NCBI GenBank assembly: GCA_029838215.1
Contig: JALGVI010000067.1
Coordinates: forward strand, 1 to 16,200
Direction: 5' to 3'
From: Candidatus Helarchaeota archaeon
Lineage (GTDB): Archaea > Asgardarchaeota > Lokiarchaeia > Helarchaeales > RDOG01
DNA: 16,200 bases
Shown piece after piece: positions 1 through 8,807 of this stretch (within the stretch, counting starts at the first letter, position 1; the number at the start of each line of letters is the position of its first letter). The notes under the pieces are model-generated. The model was given only the letters and a program-made list of their open reading frames with translations, was not told the origin of the DNA and ran no database searches. Position numbers and translations under genes: made by a program.

Positions 1-416
1 TAGAAAAAACAGGCAACCCAATAATATACTTGATAATATATTCCAGAAGCCAACAAAAAGAGCAAGACAGCAAGCCCTGCCAAGTATTCATTTTTTAATG
101 CTTTTAGTCCTACAGCGTAAACTAACAATCCGTTGAAAATGCCGAAAACGATCGTGACGAGATGATATGGAACGGGATTCCATCCCCAAACTAAATACAT
201 GAAATACATTAGTTGAAGCGTTACTGGACGATAAAATTGCCAATCATCACTAAATATGAAAAAATTCAGGTTTTTCGAGCCAGTCATAAACCAAATCAGG
301 AACTCGCCTGCATCCCTAAAAAGATCGATGGGAAGCTGCCAAATTACAATTAGAATATTGACCAAAACCACGATCGTGATGATGAGAAGAGTTGATTTGC
401 TTATTTTTAGTGCCAT
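1..416 (-). CDS. Multi-pass membrane protein, putative GT-C fold glycosyltransferase; partial (runs off the left edge); tandem paralog of 506..1921
   Basis: Manual translation from ATG at 416: MALKISKSTLLIITIVVLVNILIVIWQLPIDLFRDAGEFLIWFMTGSKNLNFFIFSDDWQFYRPVTLQLMYFMYLVWGWNPVPYHLVTIVFGIFNGLLVYAVGLKALKNEYLAGLAVLLFLLASGIYYQVYYWVACFF. Open to base 1 and collinear with the neighbouring protein (shared WQFYRP, WNPVPYHL, LASG.YYQ). Not in the supplied ORF track. Confidence 0.85.
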   Translation of the reverse strand, partial: MALKISKSTLLIITIVVLVNILIVIWQLPIDLFRDAGEFLIWFMTGSKNLNFFIFSDDWQFYRPVTLQLMYFMYLVWGWNPVPYHLVTIVFGIFNGLLVYAVGLKALKNEYLAGLAVLLFLLASGIYYQVYYWVACFF

Positions 417-505
417 ACTGATTCACTCTTGATGAAGAGAAGTTTGATTTTCTTATTTAAATTTCATTTATTTTGGTTTCTTTTATCTTGTTATTAAATA
501 ATGAA

Positions 506-1921
506 TTAAAATATCAGATGATAGGGAATTCCACTGACGTTAGTGAGAGCGAATGTAATGGGATTGCAAAGAAAAATGATATTACTTGAATTACTGGATA
601 AATCGTTATATTCGTCGATTGAGATAAATCCCACGTTTCGCCACGATACTGGAGGGTTCACGTGAACGTAAATATTTGAGATGTTATAATCCAAGCCGGT
701 CTTGACTTCTAACGCTTTATTTATATCACCTTCACTAATTGTCATGTATAATGTTCGCAATGGAGGTGCGTTTAAAATATATATCGTATGGGAGGATGGA
801 TCATCGACTTGTTGAATTACTTGATTTGAAATGTTTCCGACGAGAAGACCCAAACAGCCCAGAAGAAATCCATTTATGACTAAAATCATGATTGATATTG
901 TTGAGAAAATGGAAACACCAGATGCAACCCGGATTTTTAATTTTGAGAATTTCTTCGTGAACACGTCCTTCTTGAAAAAGGTGAGGATGTCAGGATATTT
1001 TGGCTTGATTAAAAGACCGACGAATAAGAAACAATAAGCAATGATGGGCAAGTAAATGGTTCGGGGATGCCATTTTAATATGAAGGCAAAGATGGAAAAA
1101 AAGGCAAGCGTGATGAAAAATTTATTCAAAGAGGATTGCTTTCGAGAATAATAATATACGACTAAAAAGCAGGGCAGGTATGCAATGGAGATACCAATGG
1201 AAATAGGTAGATGATACCAATCATATTGAGGTTGCTGAGAAGTATAGTAGTGGGACCATAGAAAAATCACAATCATTGGAACGAATGCCAAATATTTCCA
1301 CATTTTTTTCTTAAAAAAATCCTTGAGATTGCCATCGATCAGCTCGAATAGCGGAAAAGCCACGACGGAAAAGATGGCGGCTTCATTTGAGAGCAGGGAT
1401 AGAGTTGAAAAAATGGCCATTAGAGCAAACCAATACCACCGCTTTGTTTCAGAAAAATGAAATTTAATGAACGAATATATTGCAAGAAGGAGGAAGAAAG
1501 CATAAAACCAATAAAAAATGCAGGGAACCCAAAATAGAATTTGATAATAAAAACCAGAAGCCAACATCAGTATAATGGCAGCAATGCTTGCAACAAAGCG
1601 ATTCTTGAAGGCTTCAAGGGAGATAACATATACTAACAGACAATTCGCGACGCAAAGAACCATTCCGAGCAGGTGATATGGCACGGGGTTCCATGCCCAA
1701 ACCAAATAAATGAAGTACATGATTTGCAAGGGAATTGGACGGTAAAATTGCCACTCAAGACTGTAAATGAAATAGTTCCAATTGCCTTCAGCAAACCATA
1801 GCATTATGGCGTTAGCATCTTTATAGAATTCAATCCCGACATGCCAAATTTGAATGGATAAATGAACTATGACTATTAATACTATCATGAATAGGTCATT
1901 TTTCGTGATCTTGTAAGGCAT
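506..1921 (-). CDS. Multi-pass membrane protein, putative GT-C fold (PMT/ArnT/TMTC-like) glycosyltransferase, 471 aa
   Basis: About 10 or more hydrophobic segments; acidic residue after TM1 (FYKDA); FYRP...YH motif; hydrophilic C-terminal tail with N-x-S sequons. The CDS is secure; the function is inferred. Confidence 0.7.
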   Translation of the reverse strand: MPYKITKNDLFMIVLIVIVHLSIQIWHVGIEFYKDANAIMLWFAEGNWNYFIYSLEWQFYRPIPLQIMYFIYLVWAWNPVPYHLLGMVLCVANCLLVYVISLEAFKNRFVASIAAIILMLASGFYYQILFWVPCIFYWFYAFFLLLAIYSFIKFHFSETKRWYWFALMAIFSTLSLLSNEAAIFSVVAFPLFELIDGNLKDFFKKKMWKYLAFVPMIVIFLWSHYYTSQQPQYDWYHLPISIGISIAYLPCFLVVYYYSRKQSSLNKFFITLAFFSIFAFILKWHPRTIYLPIIAYCFLFVGLLIKPKYPDILTFFKKDVFTKKFSKLKIRVASGVSIFSTISIMILVINGFLLGCLGLLVGNISNQVIQQVDDPSSHTIYILNAPPLRTLYMTISEGDINKALEVKTGLDYNISNIYVHVNPPVSWRNVGFISIDEYNDLSSNSSNIIFLCNPITFALTNVSGIPYHLIF

Positions 1922-2133
1922 TTCGAGTCACTTGAAAAAATGGAGCTTGAAAATTTTACAATAATTGAGTTTCTTTTTATTATTTTAATTCTTTCCAATT
2001 CCGGGTTTTACAGGAAAGTGCGCGACAAAATTCTTTGCTTTTTTCGTGACATGCATGTTCGTGTCTAAAAAAGATTATTTGGTCTTCGTGTTTTTTATTT
2101 AAATGAGGTTATCGCAAATTTTGGTGTTCATCC

Positions 2134-4338
2134 ATGATGTATGATGGAGTGAAAATCGACCTTACAGAGGATGAAGTTCATCGTATCGAAAAAGATTTGA
2201 AGCGAAAACCCAACATGACTGAAATTGGCATGATAGATATCATGTGGTCGGAACATTGTTCGTACAAGAGTTCACGTCCAGAATTGAAACGCCTCCATAC
2301 TAAAGGTTCTCGAGTGCTCGTTGGTCCAGGTCAAGATGCTGGAGTATTAGACATCGGAGATGGATTAGCCCTTGTTTTTAAAATTGAAAGTCATAATCAT
2401 CCATCCGCCATAGAACCATATAACGGTGCGGCAACGGGAATTGGAGGAATAATCCGAGATATTTTATGCATGGGTGCCCGTCCAATAGCCTTGATTGATC
2501 CACTGCGATTTGGTTCTTTGAAAAGTGGACATTCTCGCTGGTTATTCAAATATGTCGTGAAGGGAATTGCAGATTACGGTAATTGCATAGGGGTTCCAAC
2601 CGTGGCAGGCGAGGTGGAATTTGATCCAAGTTTTGAATCTAACTGCTTGGTAAATGTTGGTTGCGTTGGCATTGCAACTCATGCAGATATTGAGCAAGCA
2701 CCTTCAGTTGCAACCGATCCCGGCGATTATTTGATACTAATGGGTGGAAGTACAGGTCGGGATGGATTGGGCGGAGTGACCTTTGCTTCAAGGGTGCTCA
2801 CGGAAGAATCAGAAGAGGATCGACCAGCCGTTCAGGTGGGAGATCCGTTTACAAAAAAATTGATAATTGATGCAACATTGGATGCTCTGAAGACGGGTTA
2901 CATAAAAGGATTGAAGGACTTGGGAGGAGGTGGCTTCACTTGTGTTTGCACGGAACTTGCTGGTTCAGGTGGCACGGGCGTTGAGATTAATCTGGATGAG
3001 ATGCCCTTACGAGAAAAGGGAATGATTCCTTATGAAATAATGCTTTCAGAATCCCAAGAACGAATGATGTTCGTTGTTTCTCCTGAACACGTCGAATCGA
3101 TCACGGATATTTTCGAGGATTACGAACTTCCTTATGCTATTGTTGGAAAAACAACAAGCACTCAAAGAATCATCGTGAATTACAAGGGCGAAAAAGTCGT
3201 TGATCTTCCCATTAAAATCTTTGAAGACCCACCAGTTTATAAGAGACCTGCGAAAAAACCGAAATACTTGGATGAGCTACCGCAAGAATTGCCCCAAAAT
3301 ATAACGAAAAATTTTGATGGAATCATCTACAAGTTATTAGCAAGTCCAAATATTGCAGACATGCAATGGGTGATCGAGCAATACGATCATGAAGTAGGCG
3401 TGCGGACGGTTATAAAACCGGGTGAAACGGGTTCAGCAGCATTGCGAATCTTGAATGGGTCAAAAGGAATCGGAATCACCTGTTCGGCAAACGCCAAGCA
3501 CAGTTATTTAAATCCATATCAAGGGGCAATGGGAGCCTTTGCAGAGGCGTGTCGAAATTTAGTGATCATAGGAGCCGAACCGATTGGGATGGTCGATTGT
3601 CTCAATTTTGGCAATCCCGAGAATCCCGAAATCTTCTGGCAATTTAAGGAAACAATCAATGGGCTTGCAGATTTTGGCAAGTTCATGGATATTCCCTGCA
3701 TTGGTGGAAATGTAAGTTTTTATAATGAAGATAATGTAACGGGAATTGCAATAAAACCCGTTCCTGAACTTCTATTATGCGGATTAATTGAAAATATTTC
3801 TCGAAAAATCATTTCTGGCTTTAAGTCTCCTGGAAATGTCATCCTTATCGTTGGAAAAACCCTAGCAGAATTAGGGGGATCGGAATATTACTCATTCTTT
3901 CATGGATTTGAAGGTGGTTCGGTCCCGAAAGTTGACCTTGAAAATGAAAAAAGAGCAATGAACGCGATTCTAGAACTCGTGCGAAAACAATTAATTTCTG
4001 CGGTTGATGACTGTTCACGAGGAGGATTAGCCATCACGCTGGCAAAAATGAGCATCAAGGGTTTTTTGGGAGCAAGCATCGATCTTTCGCAGATAAAAAA
4101 TTCATTACAATGGGATGAGTTATTGTTTTCAGAATCCCACGGGCGTTACATTTTGACATGCACGCCCCAAAATCTCGCAAGAGTTAAAAAAATCCTTGAA
4201 GAAGCAGGCATTTTTCACGCTCAAATAGGAGAAGTTACAGTGGATAAAATTTTGGATTTTGGTTCTTTCCATTGTGATGTTCAAAAAATGGAGGAAATAT
4301 GGAGAGGAACCATCCCAAATTACATGACAGGTGCATGA
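2134..4338 (+). CDS. purL: Phosphoribosylformylglycinamidine synthase subunit PurL (small-type PurL)
   Basis: Signature motifs WSEHCSYKSS, KIESHNHPSAIEPYNGAATGIGGIIRDI, GRDGLGGVTFAS, MLSESQERM, DCLNFGNPE, GGNVSFYNE, LFSES. 734 aa with no glutaminase domain. GGTG SD at 2123-2126. Confidence 0.98.
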   Translation: MMYDGVKIDLTEDEVHRIEKDLKRKPNMTEIGMIDIMWSEHCSYKSSRPELKRLHTKGSRVLVGPGQDAGVLDIGDGLALVFKIESHNHPSAIEPYNGAATGIGGIIRDILCMGARPIALIDPLRFGSLKSGHSRWLFKYVVKGIADYGNCIGVPTVAGEVEFDPSFESNCLVNVGCVGIATHADIEQAPSVATDPGDYLILMGGSTGRDGLGGVTFASRVLTEESEEDRPAVQVGDPFTKKLIIDATLDALKTGYIKGLKDLGGGGFTCVCTELAGSGGTGVEINLDEMPLREKGMIPYEIMLSESQERMMFVVSPEHVESITDIFEDYELPYAIVGKTTSTQRIIVNYKGEKVVDLPIKIFEDPPVYKRPAKKPKYLDELPQELPQNITKNFDGIIYKLLASPNIADMQWVIEQYDHEVGVRTVIKPGETGSAALRILNGSKGIGITCSANAKHSYLNPYQGAMGAFAEACRNLVIIGAEPIGMVDCLNFGNPENPEIFWQFKETINGLADFGKFMDIPCIGGNVSFYNEDNVTGIAIKPVPELLLCGLIENISRKIISGFKSPGNVILIVGKTLAELGGSEYYSFFHGFEGGSVPKVDLENEKRAMNAILELVRKQLISAVDDCSRGGLAITLAKMSIKGFLGASIDLSQIKNSLQWDELLFSESHGRYILTCTPQNLARVKKILEEAGIFHAQIGEVTVDKILDFGSFHCDVQKMEEIWRGTIPNYMTGA

Positions 4339-5821
4339 TTTGAAAAAATATTCTTTAAATCAAAATCCATTTGGAAAAGGAATACGAGAAGCCTGCGGTA
4401 TCGTTGGAATATTCTCCAAAGATTCGAGCATTCAAGTATCTCAATTGACATATGACGCTCTCCTATCATTACAACATCGAGGACAAGAAAGTGCAGGTAT
4501 TTATGCATATGCGGATTCAATGCACCGCATAAACGGTTATAAAAATATGGGATTGGTCACGCACGTTTTTTCGAGAAAGATCTTGCAGGGAATTTTTGGA
4601 CACGTGTCCGTTGGTCACGTGCGTTATTCAACAACTGCAACTTCTTCTTTAGATAATGCTCAGCCATTTTTGTATGATTATGAATCAGGCGAGAGTAAAT
4701 TCGCCTTGGCATTCAATGGCACGCTCACGAATTTTTTGTCATTGCGAAGACAATTGAAAAAACAGGGTCATGAATTCACGACATCAACAGATACAGAAGT
4801 AATTGCCCACGTAATATTAGAACAATTAAAAGAGCAAGGCGATGATTATCCAGAGGCGTTACGAAATTGTCTGGATTTACTTGATGGTTCTTACTCATTG
4901 GCAATAATGAATAGAAGGAATGAAATTTACGCTATTCGGGACCCATTAGGCTTTAAACCTTATACAATTGGTCAATTAAATGATCCTGAAATATTTATTG
5001 CTGCTTCTGAAAGTGTTGCCATTGATGCACTTGAGGGCATTATTATTAGGGATATAAGACCTGGAGAGATCTTGCGAATATATGAAGACGGCTTGACATC
5101 AGAATATGTCAGAACAAAACCTAGAAAAGCATTTTGCATGTTTGAATACGTGTATTTCTCACGACCCGATTCGATCATTGGAAAAAAGTCGGTATATAAT
5201 GTCAGGGTAGAGTTAGGGCGTGCCCTAGCACGACATAATAATGTTAAAGCCGATGCGGTAGTTGCCGTTCCGGATTCAGGGCGAGCCGCGGCAATAGGCT
5301 TTGCAGAAGAATCAGGAATTCCGTTTCGTGAAGGATTGATCAGGAATCGCTACGTGCATCGAACGTTCATAATGCCTTCACAGACACGACGTGAGGATTC
5401 AGTAAGAAAAAAAATGAACCCGATAAAAAGCGTTGTCATGGATAAAGACATCGTGTTGATTGATGATTCGATAGTAAGAGGGACTACATTACGTCGTATC
5501 GTGCGATTGCTTAAATCCTACGGAGCTCGCAAGATCCACGTGCGTATATCTTGTCCACCAATTGTATCGGGGTGTTTCATGGGCATTGATTTTCCAACGA
5601 GAAAAGAGCTCATTGCAGGACGAATGAAAAGTAACGTGAACGAAATATGCAAGTTCATTCAAGCAGACAGCCTTGTTTATCAAACAATTGATGATCTCGT
5701 GAAATGTTGTGGCAAGGCAAAAAATGAATTATGTCTCGCTTGTCTAAATAGAGAATACCCGATAAAAACACCTGTTGATCATGAAAAATTCGAGCAGGAA
5801 TTTGGCATTCAACGCGAATGA
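4331..5821 (+). CDS. purF: Amidophosphoribosyltransferase, [4Fe-4S] propeptide type
   Basis: Propeptide followed by CGIVG (N-terminal nucleophile Cys); LQHRGQESAG, GHVRYST, FCMFEYVYFSRPDS; PRPP loop IDDSIVRGTT; Fe-S cysteines in CFMGIDF and LCLAC. GTG start overlaps the purL end by 8 nt. Confidence 0.98.
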   Translation: MHDLKKYSLNQNPFGKGIREACGIVGIFSKDSSIQVSQLTYDALLSLQHRGQESAGIYAYADSMHRINGYKNMGLVTHVFSRKILQGIFGHVSVGHVRYSTTATSSLDNAQPFLYDYESGESKFALAFNGTLTNFLSLRRQLKKQGHEFTTSTDTEVIAHVILEQLKEQGDDYPEALRNCLDLLDGSYSLAIMNRRNEIYAIRDPLGFKPYTIGQLNDPEIFIAASESVAIDALEGIIIRDIRPGEILRIYEDGLTSEYVRTKPRKAFCMFEYVYFSRPDSIIGKKSVYNVRVELGRALARHNNVKADAVVAVPDSGRAAAIGFAEESGIPFREGLIRNRYVHRTFIMPSQTRREDSVRKKMNPIKSVVMDKDIVLIDDSIVRGTTLRRIVRLLKSYGARKIHVRISCPPIVSGCFMGIDFPTRKELIAGRMKSNVNEICKFIQADSLVYQTIDDLVKCCGKAKNELCLACLNREYPIKTPVDHEKFEQEFGIQRE

Positions 5822-5822
5822 C

Positions 5823-6704
5823 TCATTCTTGCATGATACTTATCAATTTCTTTAAAATCTGCTTTTTCCGATGGTGTTGAAGAAGACCCACCTTTTTTGG
5901 AGAACATCCCAGAGCAAGAGCAATGGCCTGCGTGAAAAAGAACGATGGCACGAGCTCAAAATCCAAAACCGCAGGATAAATTCCATAAGTATTCTGACAA
6001 TTCGGACATGCTGTCAAAATGAAGTCAATATCAAGTTTTTCCAGTTCTAAATAACGCTTTTTTGCCAATTCTTTTCCAACGCTTTCATTGAATGCAAGCA
6101 TCGTTCCTCCACAACAGCGGTTGGTGTATTGATGTTCAATGACATGCATTCCGCAAGGCTCCAAGAGATCCCTTAAGGTCTTTGCAGGGTCAAAGTTCAT
6201 CCGAGATATTCCCACGGGACGAAATACCATGCAAGGCACGTGCAGGCTCACTCTCGCAGGAAACGGAGTGGAAATATTTTTTTTCAATGAGTTAAATTGT
6301 TTTGTTTCGTGAAGAAATGCAATGATGTGAGAAATCTTGACGGTCCCATTATATTGTAACTCGTCTTTTTGCAAGTATTCATTAATTTTATTGCGGAAAT
6401 TTCGTTCCAACATTGCGACCTGAGCCTTTTTTAGGCTATAGGTGCAGCTTCCACATAGCGTGATGATTTCGGTTACACCTTCACGTTCAGCAATTGCTAA
6501 ATTTCGTGCTGATAATAAATAGAAGAGTAATTCATCATTCGACTCTTCGATCTGAGACCCACAACAAGCAAAGTCATCAATAAAGCGATATTCAACGCCT
6601 AGACTATCCAGAATTAAAGCCGTTGATTTTTCGTATTCAGGAAATCGGTAATAAACAAAGCATCCGGGATAAATAGCTAGTACCAAATCAATCTCCTTCT
6701 TCAT
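5823..6704 (-). CDS. hdrB: Heterodisulfide reductase subunit B-like protein (two CCG domains)
   Basis: YPGC, ACCGS, TLCGSC, HVPC, RCCGG and TACPNC give the ten-Cys pattern of two CCG domains. Follows an HdrC-like gene. The start could instead be TTG at 6686, downstream of AAGGAG. Confidence 0.85.
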   Translation of the reverse strand: MKKEIDLVLAIYPGCFVYYRFPEYEKSTALILDSLGVEYRFIDDFACCGSQIEESNDELLFYLLSARNLAIAEREGVTEIITLCGSCTYSLKKAQVAMLERNFRNKINEYLQKDELQYNGTVKISHIIAFLHETKQFNSLKKNISTPFPARVSLHVPCMVFRPVGISRMNFDPAKTLRDLLEPCGMHVIEHQYTNRCCGGTMLAFNESVGKELAKKRYLELEKLDIDFILTACPNCQNTYGIYPAVLDFELVPSFFFTQAIALALGCSPKKVGLLQHHRKKQILKKLISIMQE

Positions 6705-7077
6705 TCAAGTGGGACAAGATCTTTTTTATACTAGTGCGGATCTTAGATAAGTTGATTTCAGGTAAATCCATTCGTTTCAATCGTTCCTGATTCAAATCAT
6801 CAATGGGAAAAGCAAATCCTTGCTCAAGGATGTTTTCATGATATTTTTGAATGCGTTTAGGGAGATTTATTAGTGGCTTTAAACGTCGCTTCTCAAATAG
6901 GGCATCTCGAACGCTGAGATTATATGGACACACGGATTCGCATAAAAAACAGGAACAACATTTCCAGATTTCGGGTTCATCTTCAAAAAAAACATCAAAA
7001 ATCTTGAAAGAATCATCAATCTCCATGATTGGACAGTGCTCTACACAAATCTCACAACGCTGACATTCTTCTGACAC
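6688..7077 (-). CDS. hdrC: Heterodisulfide reductase subunit C-like 2x[4Fe-4S] protein
   Basis: CQRCEICVEHCP and CCSCFLCESVCP ferredoxin motifs; HdrC-like C-terminus (GFAFPI...R..MDLP); abuts or overlaps the hdrB-like gene; GTG start. Confidence 0.8.
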   Translation of the reverse strand: MSEECQRCEICVEHCPIMEIDDSFKIFDVFFEDEPEIWKCCSCFLCESVCPYNLSVRDALFEKRRLKPLINLPKRIQKYHENILEQGFAFPIDDLNQERLKRMDLPEINLSKIRTSIKKILSHLNEEGD

Positions 7078-7101
7078 GTTACAACCCTTCTTTTTCTTAC
7101 A

Positions 7102-8184
7102 TTAAAGCAACTTTTCCAATTCAATGTAAAGATCCTTGACTTCTAAAGGCATTGTCTTCTTATTGACCACTTCACGAAAATGATGGATGCAAAAAGGACA
7201 AGCAGTAAACACGACATTAGCAATAGAATTGATTTCGTCTAAACGCCATGCCGCAATTTCTAATGCGAGAGACGGGTTAATGATCCTCATCCCTCCATCA
7301 GCACCACAACACATCGTTTCACCTTTAGAATAAGTTGGTTCCACGATATTATATTGCATCTTTTTCAATATTTTTCGCGGAGTTTCAATCAAACCGAATG
7401 GACGAACAACATGACATGAATCATGATATGTCACGTCTGAGCCAGAAAGTGCGTGTTCCTTTAAGGATTTATCTTTCAGATGTTCCCAAATGACTTCAGA
7501 CACGTGGACAACTTTATCTTTTATAGGATACTTTTGTTTTAAGAAATAATAACATCCCGTGCAGGCAGTGATGATTTTATCATATTTTTCAAATTTCAAG
7601 TTATTTTTTTCAATGATTTTTTTAGCTGTCTCGTGATCTCCTGTATTAAAAACGAAAAAACCGCAACAGAACTCATCTTCTGCAATCGTGAAGTCAACAT
7701 TTAACTTTTTCAAGAGTTTCACGAGGCTTGAACCCACGCTCGAAAAATAATATGAAATCATGCAACCGACATGAAAAAGTGTTTTAGAAGACTTGGGGAG
7801 GCGTTCTTCGAGCCAAGCCGTGCGCGAAGATTTGATTCCAAATGGATTTCCGTGATCTAAAATATTCTTTATCAGACTTTCCTGTCGGGGATATTGAATG
7901 CCCCACTTTTCAACACAAGTCCCTCTTGCTTTATCAATTATGTCAATGATCGGAACACCTTCAGGACAAACCTCTTGGCACGCTTCACATTTGGTGCATA
8001 AGAAAACTTCTTCCCAGTTTGACGGTTTTTCATCGCTTTCAAAAATCCTTTTTGCAGCTTTTAATTTGTCAAGAGGAGAATAATTCTTTAATGCTTGAAA
8101 AATAGAGCATGTTTTTTCGCAAGCACGACATTCAGTACAAGAATTGAAGCTTTTTTCGAATAGAATTTCTTTTTTAAGCGTCAT
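7102..8184 (-). CDS. (Fe-S)-binding oxidoreductase, HdrD/GlpC-like (4Fe-4S dicluster plus two CCG domains)
   Basis: N-terminal CTECRACEKTC and CTKCEACQEVCP; CCG domain motifs HVGC, FCCG, TACTGC, YHDSCH, MCCGADGG, TACPFC. Confidence 0.85.
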   Translation of the reverse strand: MTLKKEILFEKSFNSCTECRACEKTCSIFQALKNYSPLDKLKAAKRIFESDEKPSNWEEVFLCTKCEACQEVCPEGVPIIDIIDKARGTCVEKWGIQYPRQESLIKNILDHGNPFGIKSSRTAWLEERLPKSSKTLFHVGCMISYYFSSVGSSLVKLLKKLNVDFTIAEDEFCCGFFVFNTGDHETAKKIIEKNNLKFEKYDKIITACTGCYYFLKQKYPIKDKVVHVSEVIWEHLKDKSLKEHALSGSDVTYHDSCHVVRPFGLIETPRKILKKMQYNIVEPTYSKGETMCCGADGGMRIINPSLALEIAAWRLDEINSIANVVFTACPFCIHHFREVVNKKTMPLEVKDLYIELEKLL

Positions 8185-8219
8185 GATTATACCACGGCAA
8201 GTTTTAATGAATTATTCAG

Positions 8220-8681
8220 TCATGGATTAACATTAACATTAATCGTGATTCCTTCACGGACAGATGGAGTAATGACACACGTTTTTTCAAAAATCTTGCT
8301 ACATTGTTTTATTCTTTTCTGGATTTTTTCATTATCCGACTTCGGAATTAATTCGACATTTATTTCCTTGACTCTCCAAAGCCCATTTTCATTTTTAATC
8401 TTTATGATCTCCGTATTGGCAGTAAACTCATCAAGTTCAAGATTTTTTTTATTCATACAATAAACGAAACTTGCGGATAAACATCCTGCAACAGCAGCCA
8501 TTAATAATCTTGCCGGATCTGGACCAACCATGTCATTTGGATCATTATTTTGCTCATCAATTAATAAAGATTTAAATTTTTTCAAGTCAAAATTGCACTT
8601 AAATATCATGTTCTCTTCCATTTCGATTCTTGCATCGTGTTTCATTTCGGTTTCGGTTTCATAGGCGTCCAAATTCGACAA
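8220..8681 (-). CDS. OsmC/Ohr-family protein (copy 1)
   Basis: GPDPARLLMAAVAGCLSASF and C-terminal KTCVITPSV carry the two OsmC-type cysteines. GGAGG at 8686-8682 abuts the listed TTG, so the real start is more likely TTG at 8672. Confidence 0.85.
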   Translation of the reverse strand: MSNLDAYETETEMKHDARIEMEENMIFKCNFDLKKFKSLLIDEQNNDPNDMVGPDPARLLMAAVAGCLSASFVYCMNKKNLELDEFTANTEIIKIKNENGLWRVKEINVELIPKSDNEKIQKRIKQCSKIFEKTCVITPSVREGITINVNVNP

Positions 8682-8793
8682 CCTCCGTTAATAGAAAGGA
8701 AAAATTTCTACATGCCAATAATCCGATTCTCTTAAGTAAATCCTATTAATGAAGATAATGCTTAAAGATCGTCAGATATGACATTGCAATAAC

Positions 8794-8803
8794 AGGAGCT
8801 GAT
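8794..8803 (+). promoter_or_regulatory. Shine-Dalgarno-like element for the second OsmC gene
   Basis: AGGAGCTGAT is one mismatch from the archaeal consensus AGGAGGTGAT and lies 4 nt before an in-frame ATT at 8808. Confidence 0.55.
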
Positions 8804-8807
8804 AAAG

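Noticed and set aside
2049-2058. 10-bp palindrome ACATGCATGT in the spacer upstream of purL
   Set aside because: A single short palindrome with no second copy seen; not distinguishable from chance. No riboswitch-like structure recognised in 1922-2133.
8648-8660. TTTCGG tandem repeat
   Set aside because: Only about two units; it simply encodes ETET in OsmC copy 1.
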